Shown: positions 1-20,781, counted from the stretch's first letter. The stretch is DNA of 64,000 bases from the human T2T-CHM13v2.0 reference genome, Homo sapiens (GCF_009914755.1 NC_060938.1), one strand, 5' to 3'. Notes: a model not told the origin generated them from the sequence alone. Numbers and translations are program-made.

Positions 1-26
1 TTACTTTTCCCTTAAGCCACCAGTAA

Positions 27-173
<147 letters not shown>

Positions 174-383
174 ACTTTTCTAGCTGCCCCTTTCTGTAAT
201 AGTGAAAGTTGGTATTTAACATTTATTCATTTTTAAAATATTTGGAAGGTCTGAGCTTGTGAAAAGAAAGTGGTTGGTCTGAGGTTGGAGGAAGCTGAAT
301 GGAATCTGACGGTTGGGAGTGGTGGAAATTGGAAGGATACCAGGAGGTATTTGGGAAGGCCAATGGCGTGGCTCCTTTGAGGA

Positions 384-389
384 AATAAA
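384..389 (+). terminator. DYNC1H1: Proximal poly(A) signal AATAAA of DYNC1H1
   Basis: First AATAAA after the stop codon, about 210 nt downstream; U/C-rich sequence follows at about 415-435. Confidence 0.8.
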
Positions 390-1317
390 ACACTAAGCAT
401 GAGCCGGCTCCGCCTCTTCTGTCTCCGCTTTCATCCCAGGGCACAGAGCCTTGCCTTCCATGCTGCCCAGGGAGGGCAGCCCACGGCAGCCATGCCCCTC
501 CCCACCTCGCTTTCATCATGAGCTCGCTCCCGAGCGGCCACAGCACTCATGAATGAAGACCTTGGGGCCCTTCACAGACACAGATGCAGCCAGCTGTGGC
601 TCTGAAGGCCCTGGGGCCCGGGCACCATGGTTCACACCTTTAATCGCAGCACTTTGGGAGTCTGGGAGTTAAAGACCAGCCTCGGCAACATAGTGAGACC
701 CCGTCTCTACAGGAAATTAAATCAGGTGTGGTGGTGCATGCCTGTAGTCCCAGCTACTTGAGGGCTGAGGTGGGAGGATCACCCAAGCCCAAGAGGTCGA
801 GGCTGCAGTGAGCTGTGATCTCACCACTGCACTCCAGCCTGGGTGACAGAGCAAGACCCTGTCTCAAAAAAAAAAAAAGCTGGGCGTGGTGGCTCATGCC
901 TGTAATCCCAGCACTTTGGGAGGCCGAGGCGGGCGGATCACCAAATTAGCCGGGCATGGTGGCACATGCCTGTAATCCCAGCTACTCGGGAGGCTGAGGC
1001 AGGAGAATTGCTTGAACCTGGGAGGCGGAGGTTGCAGTGAGCTGAAAAAAAAAAAGGCAGCCCCCAGCCGCTTGTGTTCTTGACCAGGGCCCCAGGACTT
1101 GGCTCCTCCAGACAAGGGAGTTTTGTGCTGTAGATGAGGGAGTTGCCCATCGCCGCCCTAGCAAGTCCATTCCCACACGACCTTTCCAGTGGTGATGATG
1201 ACAGTGGCCCATACAGCTGACTGTTTGCATCTCACGTTCACATTGCTAGAGGTGATGGGTGTGCTACACCCGTGGAAACAGGCTTCTGGCATCTCAGTGT
1301 CTTTATTTTATTTTTGA

Positions 1318-1422
<105 letters not shown>

Positions 1423-1734
1423 TGAATAGCTGGGATTACAGGCATGCACCACCATGCCCAGCTAATTACTATATTTTTAGTAGAGACAGGGCTTCACCGT
1501 GTTGGCCAGGCTGGTCTCAAACTCCTGGCCTCAGCCAGTGATCCTCCTGCCTCAGCCTCCCAAAGTGCTGAGATGACAGGCATGAGCCACTGCACCTGGC
1601 CAAATTTTTGTATTTTTTGTAGAGATGGAATCTCGCTATTTTCCCTGGGCTGGTCTCAAACTCCTGGCATTAAGGGCTCCTCCTATCTCAGCCTCTCAAA
1701 GTGCCGGGGTTCTAGGTGTGAGTCACCGAGTTGA

Positions 1735-2604
<870 letters not shown>

Positions 2605-2615
2605 CTAAAAGCTGA

Positions 2616-3017
<402 letters not shown>

Positions 3018-3020
3018 TGA

Positions 3021-3263
<243 letters not shown>

Positions 3264-3780
3264 TAGCCAGGATGGTCTCGCTCTCCTGACCTCGTGATCC
3301 ACCCGCCTCCCAAAGTGCTGAGATTACAGGCGTGAGCCACCACACTCGGCCTCTTTGTTTGTTTTTTTTTTTTTTTGAGACAGTCTGGCTCTGTCACTGA
3401 GGCTGGAGTGCAGTGATGCAACCTCATCTCACTGCAGCCTAGACCTCCTGGGCTTAAGTGATCCTCCCACCTCAGCCTCCCCAGACTACAGGTGCACACC
3501 ACCACGCCCGGCTAATTTTTGTATTTTTTGTAGAGATGGAGTTTCGCCATGTTGCCCAGGATGGCCTTGAACTCCAGGGCTCAAGCAATCCACCCACCTC
3601 AACCTCCCAAAGTGCTGGGATTACAGGCATGAGCCATTGTGCCCAGCTGCAAATGAATTTTTAAAAATGTGTTAGATCAATATTCATATCACCCAAAAAC
3701 AGCCTGAGAGCCCGCCACCACTGGGGACTCAGCCTGAGCCTTGTTCCCAGAAAGCCCTCAACGCAGTGCTGGGCACAGAC

Positions 3781-4495
<715 letters not shown>

Positions 4496-5530
4496 TAGAG
4501 ACAGGGTTTTGCCATGTTGCCCAGGCTGGTCTCCTGGGCTCAAGTGATCCACCCACCTTGGTCTCCCAAAGTGCTAGGATTATGGGCCTGAGCCACCCCA
4601 CCCGGCCCAACCTTATTATTACTGAAGTCGCCTTGTTACACACAAACATCTACAGTGCCTCCTGGCCACTCCTTCTGGACTTTTCTTTCCTAGCCCAGGT
4701 CAAAGTGGGCCTTCGGGAGGACCCTGGAGGAGAAGCCCCCTCCTCTTCACTTCCACCCTCTCTCTTCCACCCCTGGAAGTCAGCTTTCTGACCTCAGAAT
4801 CCCAGCTATCTTCTGGACTCAGGTGACAAGTCACCTAAGTGACAGATCCAGCATGCACTTTATGACCATCACTCTGCTCCTCCTGCATCAGCGCCCCACC
4901 CAACAGAGCCGACCAGGCTGGGAACACCGAGACCGAGAGCGCGTGGCTGTGTCTACAAAGGCCTCCTCTTTGAGGGAGACACGCGAGGCACGGGTGGGGC
5001 GATGAGACAGGATCGGCCGGTCCTTGACAGTCTCTGAAGCTGGGAGAACATGACCCCATGCTCTCCTGTTGGAGTCACCACCTCTTTGCCAACAGCCACC
5101 AAACCTCCACCTCCAATTAAGCTCCACCCCCATGTCCCCACTGCCCTCCGGACATCTGTTCAGCACCCCCCTCGACCTGGCCAAGGCTCCACGCACCGCC
5201 CTGGTTTCCCGCTCTGCCCAGCCCCCCGCTGAAGTCTCTAATGGGTTCTTCCGATTCCACCTGTCCAAGGTAAAACCCTGAGGTTGTCCCTCCTCCGCGG
5301 CACCTCCAGGTATCTGGTTGCTCAGGCTGAAATGTTTCCCAAGGCCCTGGCTCCTCCTCCTTCCAAACCCCGCAGGCAGCTGATTAGCAAACTCTGACTC
5401 TAACCTCAAAACATGTCCAGAATTCAGCCACATCTCCCCACTTCCCCGCCTGGCCCTGGGCCCCGCTATTCCATCTCAATCTCTGCCCTGGCCCCCAGCC
5501 CAGCATCCACTCTCAGACCAGAGCAATGCT

Positions 5531-6436
5531 TGTGAACTCCGAAAATCTGAGACAGGTCTCAGTTAATTTAGAAAAGATATTTGTCAAGGTTGAGGACGCG
5601 CACCCATGACACAGCCTCAGGAGGTCCTGACTGGGGGGAGAGAGACCCTCTCATATTGTTTTATACTCAGTACCTGTTTTAAGAAAAAAACGAAGTGAAA
5701 TCAAAGACAGGCAGCCCGGCGCCAGGCCCAAAACCAGGCCTGGGCCTGCCTGGCCTAAACCTAGTCGTTAAAAATCAGCTCATGACTTAGAACCCGATGT
5801 TACCCATAGATTTCAGGCATTGTATGGAAGAACATCGTGAGACTCCCTGCTCTGTTCTGTTTCACTCTGACTACCAGTGCATGAAACCCCTGTCACGTAT
5901 CCCCCAGACTGCTCAATCAATCACGACCCTTTCACGTAAAATCTTTAGTGTTGTGAGCCCTTAAAAGGGACAGAAATTGTGCACTTGGGGAGCTGGGATT
6001 TTAAGATGGTAACTTGCCGATGCTCCCAGCTGAATAAAGCCCTTCCTTCTACAACTCGGTGTCTGAGGGGTTTTGTCTGCGGCTCGTCCTGCTACACTGA
6101 CCACACGTACCCAAGGTGCTCAGAGCCCAGTTTGGTTTTATACATTTTAGGGAGACATGAGACATCCGTCGACATACGTAAGATGGACATTGGTTCCGTC
6201 TGGAAAAGCCTCAGAGTGGGGAGGGGGCTTCCAGGTCACAGGTAGGTAAGAGACAAATGGTTGCATTCTTTTGAGTTTCTGATGAGCCTTTCCAAAGAGG
6301 CGATCAGATATGCATTTATCTCAGTGAGCAGAGGGATGACTTTGAATAGAATGGGAGGCAGGTTTGCCCTAAGCAGTTCCCAGTTTGACTTTTCCCTTCA
6401 GCTTAGTGATTTGGGGACCCCAAGATTTTTTTCACA
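5531..6436. mobile_element. MER4-family (ERV1) solo LTR, interrupted by a MER11-like LTR
   Basis: tgtgaac...aaatctgagacaggtctcagttaatttagaaa...cacagcctcaggaggtcctgac resumes after 6101 (...ttttatacattttagggagacatgagacatc...). TG...CA termini; degenerate 4-bp TSD tgct/tgtt. Confidence 0.75.
5632..6096 (+). mobile_element. MER11-like (HERV-K11) LTR, 3' part only, nested in MER4
   Basis: Ends ...gaataaagcccttccttctacaactcggtgtctgaggggttttgtctgcggctcgtcctgctaca, recalled as the MER11 3' end. Flanked by direct repeat ctgac (5627-5631 and 6097-6101). AATAAA at 6033-6038. Confidence 0.75.
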
Positions 6437-6611
6437 TGTTGCTAAACCCCACCACGTAGCACACCAGAGACTGAGCCCTCACCGCACCCCCAACTCCCGC
6501 TGCAGCTCAGCCCTCTCGCCCCTCCACCTGGCCATCCCGTCCTTCCATCCAGTCTTTACTCTAGGGTCACCCTTCCCTGAGGCCTTCCTGGAGTCCCCTT
6601 CTCGTATTTCA

Positions 6612-7092
6612 ACACACCTCACACACGCACAGGTGCACACGCGCACACACATGCTGCACAGTTGCACACACGTGCAGACACGCTGCGCAGATGCACACGT
6701 GCACACACATGCACACCCACACGCTGCAGTTGCACACACGTGCACACGCACACCCACATGCACAGTTGCAAACGTGCACACACTGCAGATGCACACACGT
6801 GCACACACATGCACAGCCACAAGCTGCATAGTTGCACACGTGCACACGCTGCGCAGATGCACACACGTGCACACATGCTGCACAGTTGCACACACGTGCA
6901 CACTACACAGATGCACACACGCTGCACAGATGCACACACGTGCACACATGCACACCCACACGCTGCACAGTTGCACACACACGCTGCGCAGATGCACACA
7001 CGTGCACACACATGCACACACACGCTGCAGTTGCACACACGTGCACACACACCACAGATGCACACACGCTGCACAGATGTACACACACGCTG
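6612..7092. repeat. CA/TGCA-rich degenerate minisatellite
   Basis: Recurrent units gcacacacgtgcacacacat, gctgcacagtt and gctgcgcagat; almost entirely alternating purine-pyrimidine. Confidence 0.95.
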
Positions 7093-7295
7093 CATTTTTC
7101 TCTTTGGTCCTTACACTCTAACATGCTCACATTTTCCTCCTCTATCACTGTTAGGATCAGAGTCACTCCCTCCCAAAATGACCTGTGCTCCAGGACCTGG
7201 GGCTCGGCTGCTTTGTCTACGGCTGTGTCCCGGAAGCCAAACCCCTGGCTCTGAGCAGGCAGTGGTGCTCAGTAGGCATTTGCTGGATGAGATCC

Positions 7296-7365
7296 AACAC
7301 CTAACACCTAACACCTAACACCCAACACCTAACACCTAACACCTAACACCTAACACCTAACACCC
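7296..7365. repeat. (AACACCT)10 heptamer tandem repeat
   Basis: Ten 7-bp units, two of them the variant AACACCC. Confidence 0.97.
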
Positions 7366-7421
7366 AAACCAAATGCCTTTCCCACAAAACGTGCCCCTCT
7401 GTCTGCAGTGTTCCTTGAGTG

Positions 7422-7487
7422 CCCCAAAATCACTAAGCTAAAGGGAAAAGTCAAGCTGAGAACTGCTTAGGGCAAACCTGCCTCCCA
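7422..7487. mobile_element. MER4-family fragment, inverted relative to 6352-6416
   Basis: Near-exact reverse complement of 6352-6416. Confidence 0.8.
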
Positions 7488-7573
7488 CCATCCACGAAGA
7501 CTCCTGAGCCGGAAGCCACAAAGCTTCCACTGGAGGCTGAATAGCTGATGGGTCTAGAACCAGACTCCCTGGG

Positions 7574-8584
<1,011 letters not shown>

Positions 8585-8714
8585 TGACTCCAAAAAACGG
8601 ATCTGCCACGAACCCAGCTGTGTGACTTCAGACGTCTAAAGTGGCTTCTCCTAGCCTGTTTTCCCATCAGTAAATCTGGACAAAACGGTAAGGAGTCCCC
8701 ACTGTGACAGGTGA

Positions 8715-9095
<381 letters not shown>

Positions 9096-9195
9096 TAGAT
9101 GGGGTTTTTCCATGTTGATCAGGCTGGTCTCGAACCGCTGACCTCAGGTGATCCGCCCACCTCGGCCTCCCAAAGTGCTGCAATTACAGGCATGA

Positions 9196-9522
<327 letters not shown>

Positions 9523-9676
9523 TGAGACAGGGTCTTGCTGTGTTGCCCAGGCTGGTCTCAAACTCCTCCCACATCGCTCCCAATGTGCTGGGGCTAAAGG
9601 GCCTGAGCCACCGTGCCCAGCCCAGTGTCTTCCTCTTTGAAGGGAGGGTCTTGTTTAAAATGCTTTCAGGAGGCCC

Positions 9677-10638
<962 letters not shown>

Positions 10639-10641
10639 CTA

Positions 10642-10803
<162 letters not shown>

Positions 10804-11061
10804 TCAGGCGCCTTAATCCCAGCTCCTTGGAGGCAGGAGAATCGTTTGAACTCGGGAGGCGGAGGTTGCAGGGAGCCAAGGTCAAGCCATTACACTCAAG
10901 CCTGGGGGACATGAGCGAGACTTCTCTCGGAAAAAAAAAAAAAGAACGAAGTGGGTGCTGTGAGAAAAATGGCGTTATTTAGACTGGGTGCGGTGGCTCA
11001 CACCTGTAATCCCAGCACTTTGGGAGGCCGAGGCGGGTGGGTCACCTGAGGTCGGGGGTTC

Positions 11062-11359
<298 letters not shown>

Positions 11360-12490
11360 ACATGGTAAAACCCCATCTTTACTAAAAATACAAAATTAGC
11401 CGGGCGTGGTGGCATGCGCCTGTAATCCCAGCTACTCAGGAGGCTGAGGCAGGAAAATCACTTGAACCCAGGAGGTGGAGGTTGCGGTGAGCCGAGATCA
11501 TGCCATTGCACACCAGTCTGGACGACAACAGCGAATAAAGAAAAAAAAAGACATTATCTAAGAGACATGTTGTTCCTTCCACTTGAAGTTAGGAAGAGCA
11601 AGTGCCACTCACGATGCCAGTACTCAGTGAAGAAGGGGAGAGGCATCAGTCCGGACTAGAGGCATCTTTAGTCAAACATTTAAGGACCCACGATAGGCAA
11701 AAGACCAGGCTAGACAAAAAATCATCTAGTATTCAATTTGGGTTGCCACAACTTCAGTCATTTCAGAGTGACATTTCCAAAACGTAGAAATACTCCAACT
11801 TGTAGGGAAAACAGATAAAAGAGGTGGGGGGTAGTTTGAATGCAACTATGGTCTCATTTTTCCAAAGGTATCATCCTTCAACTTCATAGCTTAGTTTTAG
11901 AATGCAGTTTGTTTTTTTGTTTGTTTTTGAGATGGAGTCACGCTCTGTAGCCCAGGCTGGAGTCACGCTGTGTAGCCCAGGCTGGAGTGCAGTGGCCCAA
12001 TCTCAGCTCACTGCAACCTCTGCCACCTGGGTTCCAGCAAGTCTTCTGCCTCAGCCTCCCAAGTAGCTGAGATTACAGGTGTCCGCCACCATGCCAGCTA
12101 ATTTTTGTATTTTTAGTAGAGATGGGGTTTCACCATGTGGGCCAGGCTGGTCTCGAACTCCTGACCTCAGATGATCCGCCCACCTCAGCCTCCCAAAGTG
12201 CTGCGATTACAGGCGTAAGCCATTGTGCTGGCCTTTTTTTTTTTTATTTAAAAGAGATGGAGGCATCTCACTATATTGCCCAGGTTGGCCTTGAAACCCT
12301 GGGCTCAAGGGATCTGCTCACCTCAGCCTCCTAAGTAGCTGGGACTACAGGTAGGCACCACCGCCCCGGCAAAACTGACATTTTAAAATGGAAACATTAA
12401 GCTGAGTTGGTGGCTCACACCTATAATTCCAGCACTTTGGGAGGCTGAGGCGGGCAGATCATCTGAGGTCAGGAGTTTGAGACCAGCCTA

Positions 12491-13420
<930 letters not shown>

Positions 13421-14032
13421 CAGAATGGTCTCTCCACAAAGAGGGGTTAGCAAATGTACTCTCCAGACCTGTCCCCACCCTCCACACCGTCAAAGAGCAA
13501 AGAGAAAATCTTCCAGGCCCCCACTCCAGGCATGGTGGGTGCGTCAGGATTCAGAACAGATGACCTCTGCCTTGACCTCCAGGCTGCCCTCAGGTTCAGA
13601 CCAGGGCTTAACTCAATGCCGCATTTCTGCCTCAAAGGAAAAACGTGGTTCAGAAGTTCCCACTTAACAATATTTAACAATTCACCAATAGTTTTAGTTC
13701 AAAACCAGATATCCTTTCCTTGAAATGTGTTGTGAAAGATTTCTCAAGCTCCTTCTCCCCAGCGTGGTTCCTAAGAGCCTTAGCGTGAGCTGAGACTCAG
13801 ACCCCTTCATTCCCGGGCAATACTGAAATGCTCTCGGTTTCCAGGGCGCTGCATCTTTACTCCTCCACCCACCTGCAACGGTGATCTGGTTTAGGCGTTC
13901 AGTATCTGAGCACCTTCTCTGGATCAGGCACCAGGGAAAGCAGGAAGCCCTAGAGGGCCGTAGAGGCCCGTTTTCCCAGGATGAACACACACACTTCTTT
14001 CTTTTTCTTTCTTTTTTTTTTTTCTTTTTTGA

Positions 14033-14302
<270 letters not shown>

Positions 14303-14332
14303 TAGCTGGGATTACAGGCACCTGCCACCACG

Positions 14333-14886
14333 TGTAATGCCCAACCCTGTTTTTACTAACCCTGTTCTTAGACTCTCCCTTTCCTTTAATCACCTAGCCT
14401 TGTTTCCACCTGAATTGACTCTCAGCTAAGAGAGCCAGACAGACTCCATCTTGGCTCTTTCACTGGCAGCCCCTTCCTCAAGGACTTAACTTGTGCAAGC
14501 TGACTCCCAGCACATCCAAGGATGCAACTAACTGATAAGATAGTGTGGTGATCAATATCCACAGTTCCCAGGAATTCATCCAATTGATAACGCCCAAAGC
14601 CCCGCGTCTATCACCTTGTAATAGTCTTAAAGCCCCTGCACCTGGAACTGTTTACTTTCCTGTAACCATTTATCCTTTTAACTTTTTTGTCTACTTTACT
14701 TCTGTAAAATTGTTTTAACTAGACCCCCCCTCCCCTTTCTAAACCAAAGTATAAAAGAAAATCTAGCCCCTTCTTTGGGGCCGAGAGAACTTTCAGCATT
14801 AGCTGTCTCTTGGCTGCCGGCTAAATAATCGGACTCTTAATTCGTCTCAAAGTGTGTCGTTTTCTCTAACTCACTCAGGTACAACA
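14333..14886 (+). mobile_element. Intact LTR6-like (HERV-S71) solo LTR inserted into an Alu
   Basis: TGTAATG...TACAACA, 554 bp, with perfect 4-bp TSD cacg (14329-14332 and 14887-14890). The host Alu resumes after the LTR. TATAAAA at about 14750. Confidence 0.8.
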
Positions 14887-15592
14887 CACGCACAGCTAAT
14901 TTTTGTATTTTTAGTAGAGATGGGGTTTCACCATGTTGCAGACTGGTCTCAAACCCCTGACCTCAGGTGATCTGCCCGCTTTGGCCTCCCAAAGTGCTGG
15001 GATTACAGGCATGAGCCACCATGCCCAGCCTAATGTTTTATTTTTTGTAGAAACAGGGTCTTGCTATGTTGCCCAGGCTGGTCTTGAACTCCTGGGCTCA
15101 ACCAATCCTCCAGCCTCAGCCTCCCAAAGTGCTGGGATTACAGGGTGAGCCACTGGCACCTGCCACACTCTTGAAGGAGTCATATCCTCGCTCCCATGGA
15201 GGGGGGACACCCCCATCCTCTATGTGTGAGGAGCAGTCCTCACTTCCCCGGGTGGGCCAGACTGCTTCGGGCCTCTCTTGGCACTGGGGGCCTCTTCTTG
15301 ATGGTGACAGCCCCTCCAGCGGCCCGCACACCTGGCTGGGGGCACCTGGGCACACTCGCACCTAGCACGTCTGCACCATCTGCACCGAGACCCGGGCTAG
15401 GCCAGAGCTTCCTCTGTTCCCAGAAAAGCAGCCCCAAATTCAGCCCGGTGTAGCAAATAATTGGTCCATGATCTCCGACTATGAGCAGAGCGTGTTGTTA
15501 CTCAAGCTGGGGCCATTGTGAATCTGGGCTCAAGATCAATTTGGCCCTGGGGGTGACATTTATATAAAGTCTTTGAGGCTGAGCCTCCAGGG

Positions 15593-15606
15593 CCATCAGA
15601 GGGCAC
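15593..15606 (+). promoter_or_regulatory. CTCF/CTCFL-like motif CCATCAGAGGGCAC
   Basis: One mismatch to the CCASYAGRKGGCRS consensus. Confidence 0.5.
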
Positions 15607-15628
15607 AGGGCTGCCACTCTGCACTTAC

Positions 15629-15648
15629 CTCTTGGATGGGATGTCCAT
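15629..15648 (-). pseudogene. Coding part of exon 1 of the decayed gene (MDIPSK-S)
   Basis: aacaaaATGG (A at -3, G at +4) at 15648, followed 20 nt later by a consensus donor AG|GTAAGT (15623-15628), phase 2. Confidence 0.6.
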
Positions 15649-15720
15649 TTTGTTCCCAGAGTGATCACCCAGGAGTTAAGGGTGGCGGGGGTCCTGCGGT
15701 CCAGCCTGTATGATGTTGCT

Positions 15721-15764
15721 GTCTCCACGGCAACCCAGCACGGAAGGGCCCCGCCAGCCCGCCC
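15721..15764. promoter_or_regulatory. RFX X-box, ETS core and GC box upstream of exon 1
   Basis: GTCTCCACGGCAAC (15721-15734) fits the X-box GTYNCYnnRGNAAC; CGGAAG at 15741-15746; CCCGCCC at 15758-15764. Confidence 0.6.
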
Positions 15765-16315
15765 AGGACCTCCCCCGCAGGCCCCGCTGCTCCTCCATCC
15801 CCCTGCCTGTTCCCTGCCAGCCCTGCCCATAGCCCAGGCCCCAGTAAGGCTCCTCAGATTCCTCCTGTCCGCCCTGGGCCCACTCTGGGCTCCACTCACT
15901 GCCAGAGAGGCCTCTGTGAGGTCGTGATTATGCCACAAAACTTTGGGGAATTCCCCTATGCCCTAGGATGACATCCAAATCCTTTAACATGGCCACAAGG
16001 GCCCACGCTGCCCCGGCCACCCAGCAACCCCCTTTTCAGTCCCTATCTGAGAACCTTTCACCCCAAGGCTGCAGCGACTCCCACCTCCTCTCATTCCTGG
16101 GAGGCACCAAGCCACCTTTCCTTCCAGCCACCCACAGCTCTTTCTTTTGCCAAAAATGCTCCCTTCACCCTCATCCCTGGCCCTGACTTAACCTTTGGGT
16201 TTGACACCTCCTCCAGGGAGCGTTCCTTGACCTCTCAAGTCTTTGTTAGGATCCAGCCAACCCCTCTGCACTACCACAGTAGGCCAGACCAGCCTGTGTA
16301 GAAAGTATCTGTTGA

Positions 16316-16456
<141 letters not shown>

Positions 16457-17158
16457 TAGCTGAGACTACTACATGCGTGCGCCACCACACCTGGCTAATT
16501 TTCTGTATTTTAGTAGAGACGGGGTTTCACCATTTGCCCAGGGTGGTCTCAAACTCCTGAGCTCAAATGAGCCACCTGCCTTGGCCTCCCAAAGTGCTAG
16601 GATTACAGGCATGAGCTACTGTGCTCTGCTGTGTCGGTTGAATTCTATGATGTTACTATACTGTCACCCTCTGAGCCTAGAAATTCTGAACCCTCAGCTC
16701 CTTAAGCACCTAGTGCAGTGTCTGGCACAGTAACCTTCAAAAAAATTTTTGAACGAATAATAAAAGGAATCAGTGAACTGAATCTGCCACAAGTCATGTT
16801 AGCTGCTCAGTTTTTTTTCTTTTTTCTTATATTTTTTTTTGTTGTTGTTGTTTTTTGAGACAGAGTCTTGCACTGTCGCCCGGGCTGGAGTGCAGTGGTG
16901 CAATCTTGGCTCACTGCAAGCTCCGCCTCCCAGGTTCAAGCGATTCTCCTGCCTCAGCCCCCTGAGTAGCTGGGATTACAGGAGCCCGCCACCACCCCCA
17001 GCTATTTTTTTTTATTTTTAGTAGAGACAAGGTTTCACTATGTTGGCCAGGCTGGTCTCGAACTCCTGACCTCGGGATCTGCCTGCCTCAGCCTCTCAAA
17101 GTGCTAGGATTACAGGCGTGAGCCACCAGGCCTGGCCTCACTTTTTTTTTCTTAGTAA

Positions 17159-17421
<263 letters not shown>

Positions 17422-17480
17422 TAGTAGAGACAGGGTTTCACCATCTTGGCCAGGCTGGTCTCAAACTCCTGACCTCATGA

Positions 17481-17810
<330 letters not shown>

Positions 17811-17879
17811 TAGCCAGGATGGTCTTGATCTCCTGACCTCGTGATCCGCCCACCTTGGCCTCCCAAAGTGCTGGGAAAT

Positions 17880-18735
<856 letters not shown>

Positions 18736-18860
18736 CTCACTTAATCGTACATTTAATTATAGTACCAAGTGCCTTGAATATGTCTGAGTGCAGAGATGTA
18801 GTAGGGAAAATACTTATGGGTGAAATGGTACAATGAAATCTCAGAATTGCCTCAGAATGA

Positions 18861-19256
<396 letters not shown>

Positions 19257-19899
19257 TGAGCCACCATGCCCGGCAACAAGAGTTGTTTAAATGGCACTTA
19301 TTTGTGGAAGACACCAAGCCAAATATCCCACACATCTGGATTTGTCCGCCTGCTTCCTCAGAGTGTCATTTAGCACGTCCCTTTATCCCCTTATTTCCTA
19401 TTAACTCAAATTACCAAGATAGTCTCCTGTTTTGAGACATGTAGATATTTTCAAATTCCCCTGCTACAGGGTTGTGGAGAACATTCTTGTACCTTTCTCC
19501 CGGTGCAAGTGGAAAGACTTTCTCTAGCACGTACCAGGAAGTACTCAGGGTGAGTTCTCCCACTCCATCAGATGTGCCAAATTGCCCTCCAGATTAACTG
19601 TATTGATCTGTACCCCCATCAGGTCACATGAGAGACCCCATTTTCAGACCATAGCCAACATTTGGTACTGTCCTCCTTTAATTTCTGCCATTCCTGATGG
19701 GTGTAAAATGCATCTTCTTACACTCACTTTCCCTTTCATGACTTGCAGTGCGGTTGGGCATCTTCTCTTACGTGTGTTGCCCTTCCAGGCTAAGGAAGGA
19801 GACTGAGACAGCAGAAGCCACAGGATTCAGGAACTGCTTAGAAATGGTACCAACTGGTTTTATTAAAAGGGAAAGTGTTTGGCCAGGAGCGGTAGCTCA

Positions 19900-20229
<330 letters not shown>

Positions 20230-20579
20230 TCAGGAGACTGAGGCAGGAGGACTGCTTGAGCCCCAGAGTTTGAGTCCAGCCTGGGCAACATAATGAGGCC
20301 CTGTCTCAAAAAAACCGCACAAAATAAGCAGGGGGTGGAGGGCAAAATAGCATACTTTTCTATATCCACCACAAATGCATTCAGATGTTAAATGTTTTAT
20401 TGATTTTCATTCTAATGTGTTTTCTGTTATTTTTATTTTTTAGTAGAGATGGGGTTTTACCACATTGCTCGGGGCTGGTCTTAAACTCCTAACCTCAAAT
20501 GATCCACCCACCTCAGCCTCCCAAAATGCTGAGATTACAGGTGTGAACCACTGCGCGCGGCCTGTTTCTTGTTTTTTGA

Positions 20580-20781
<202 letters not shown>

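Noticed and set aside
4835-5433. ORF 4888-5433 and acceptor-like ttttaccttggacag at 5261 as an extra pseudogene exon
   Set aside because: No convincing donor or recognisable protein, and exons 1 and 2 already join in phase without it. It cannot be fully excluded without alignments.
6261-7318. Long His/Thr/Cys/Val-rich ORFs on both strands (up to 286 aa)
   Set aside because: They arise from the stop-poor CA minisatellite; there is no splice or promoter support.
6612-7365. Repeat arrays as a CRISPR-like array or interstitial telomere
   Set aside because: No unique spacers and no cas genes; the DNA is eukaryotic; the unit is TTAGGTG, not TTAGGG.
15558-15568. Palindromic tttatataaa as a TATA box
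   Set aside because: Lies inside the putative intron 1, with no downstream exon structure identified.
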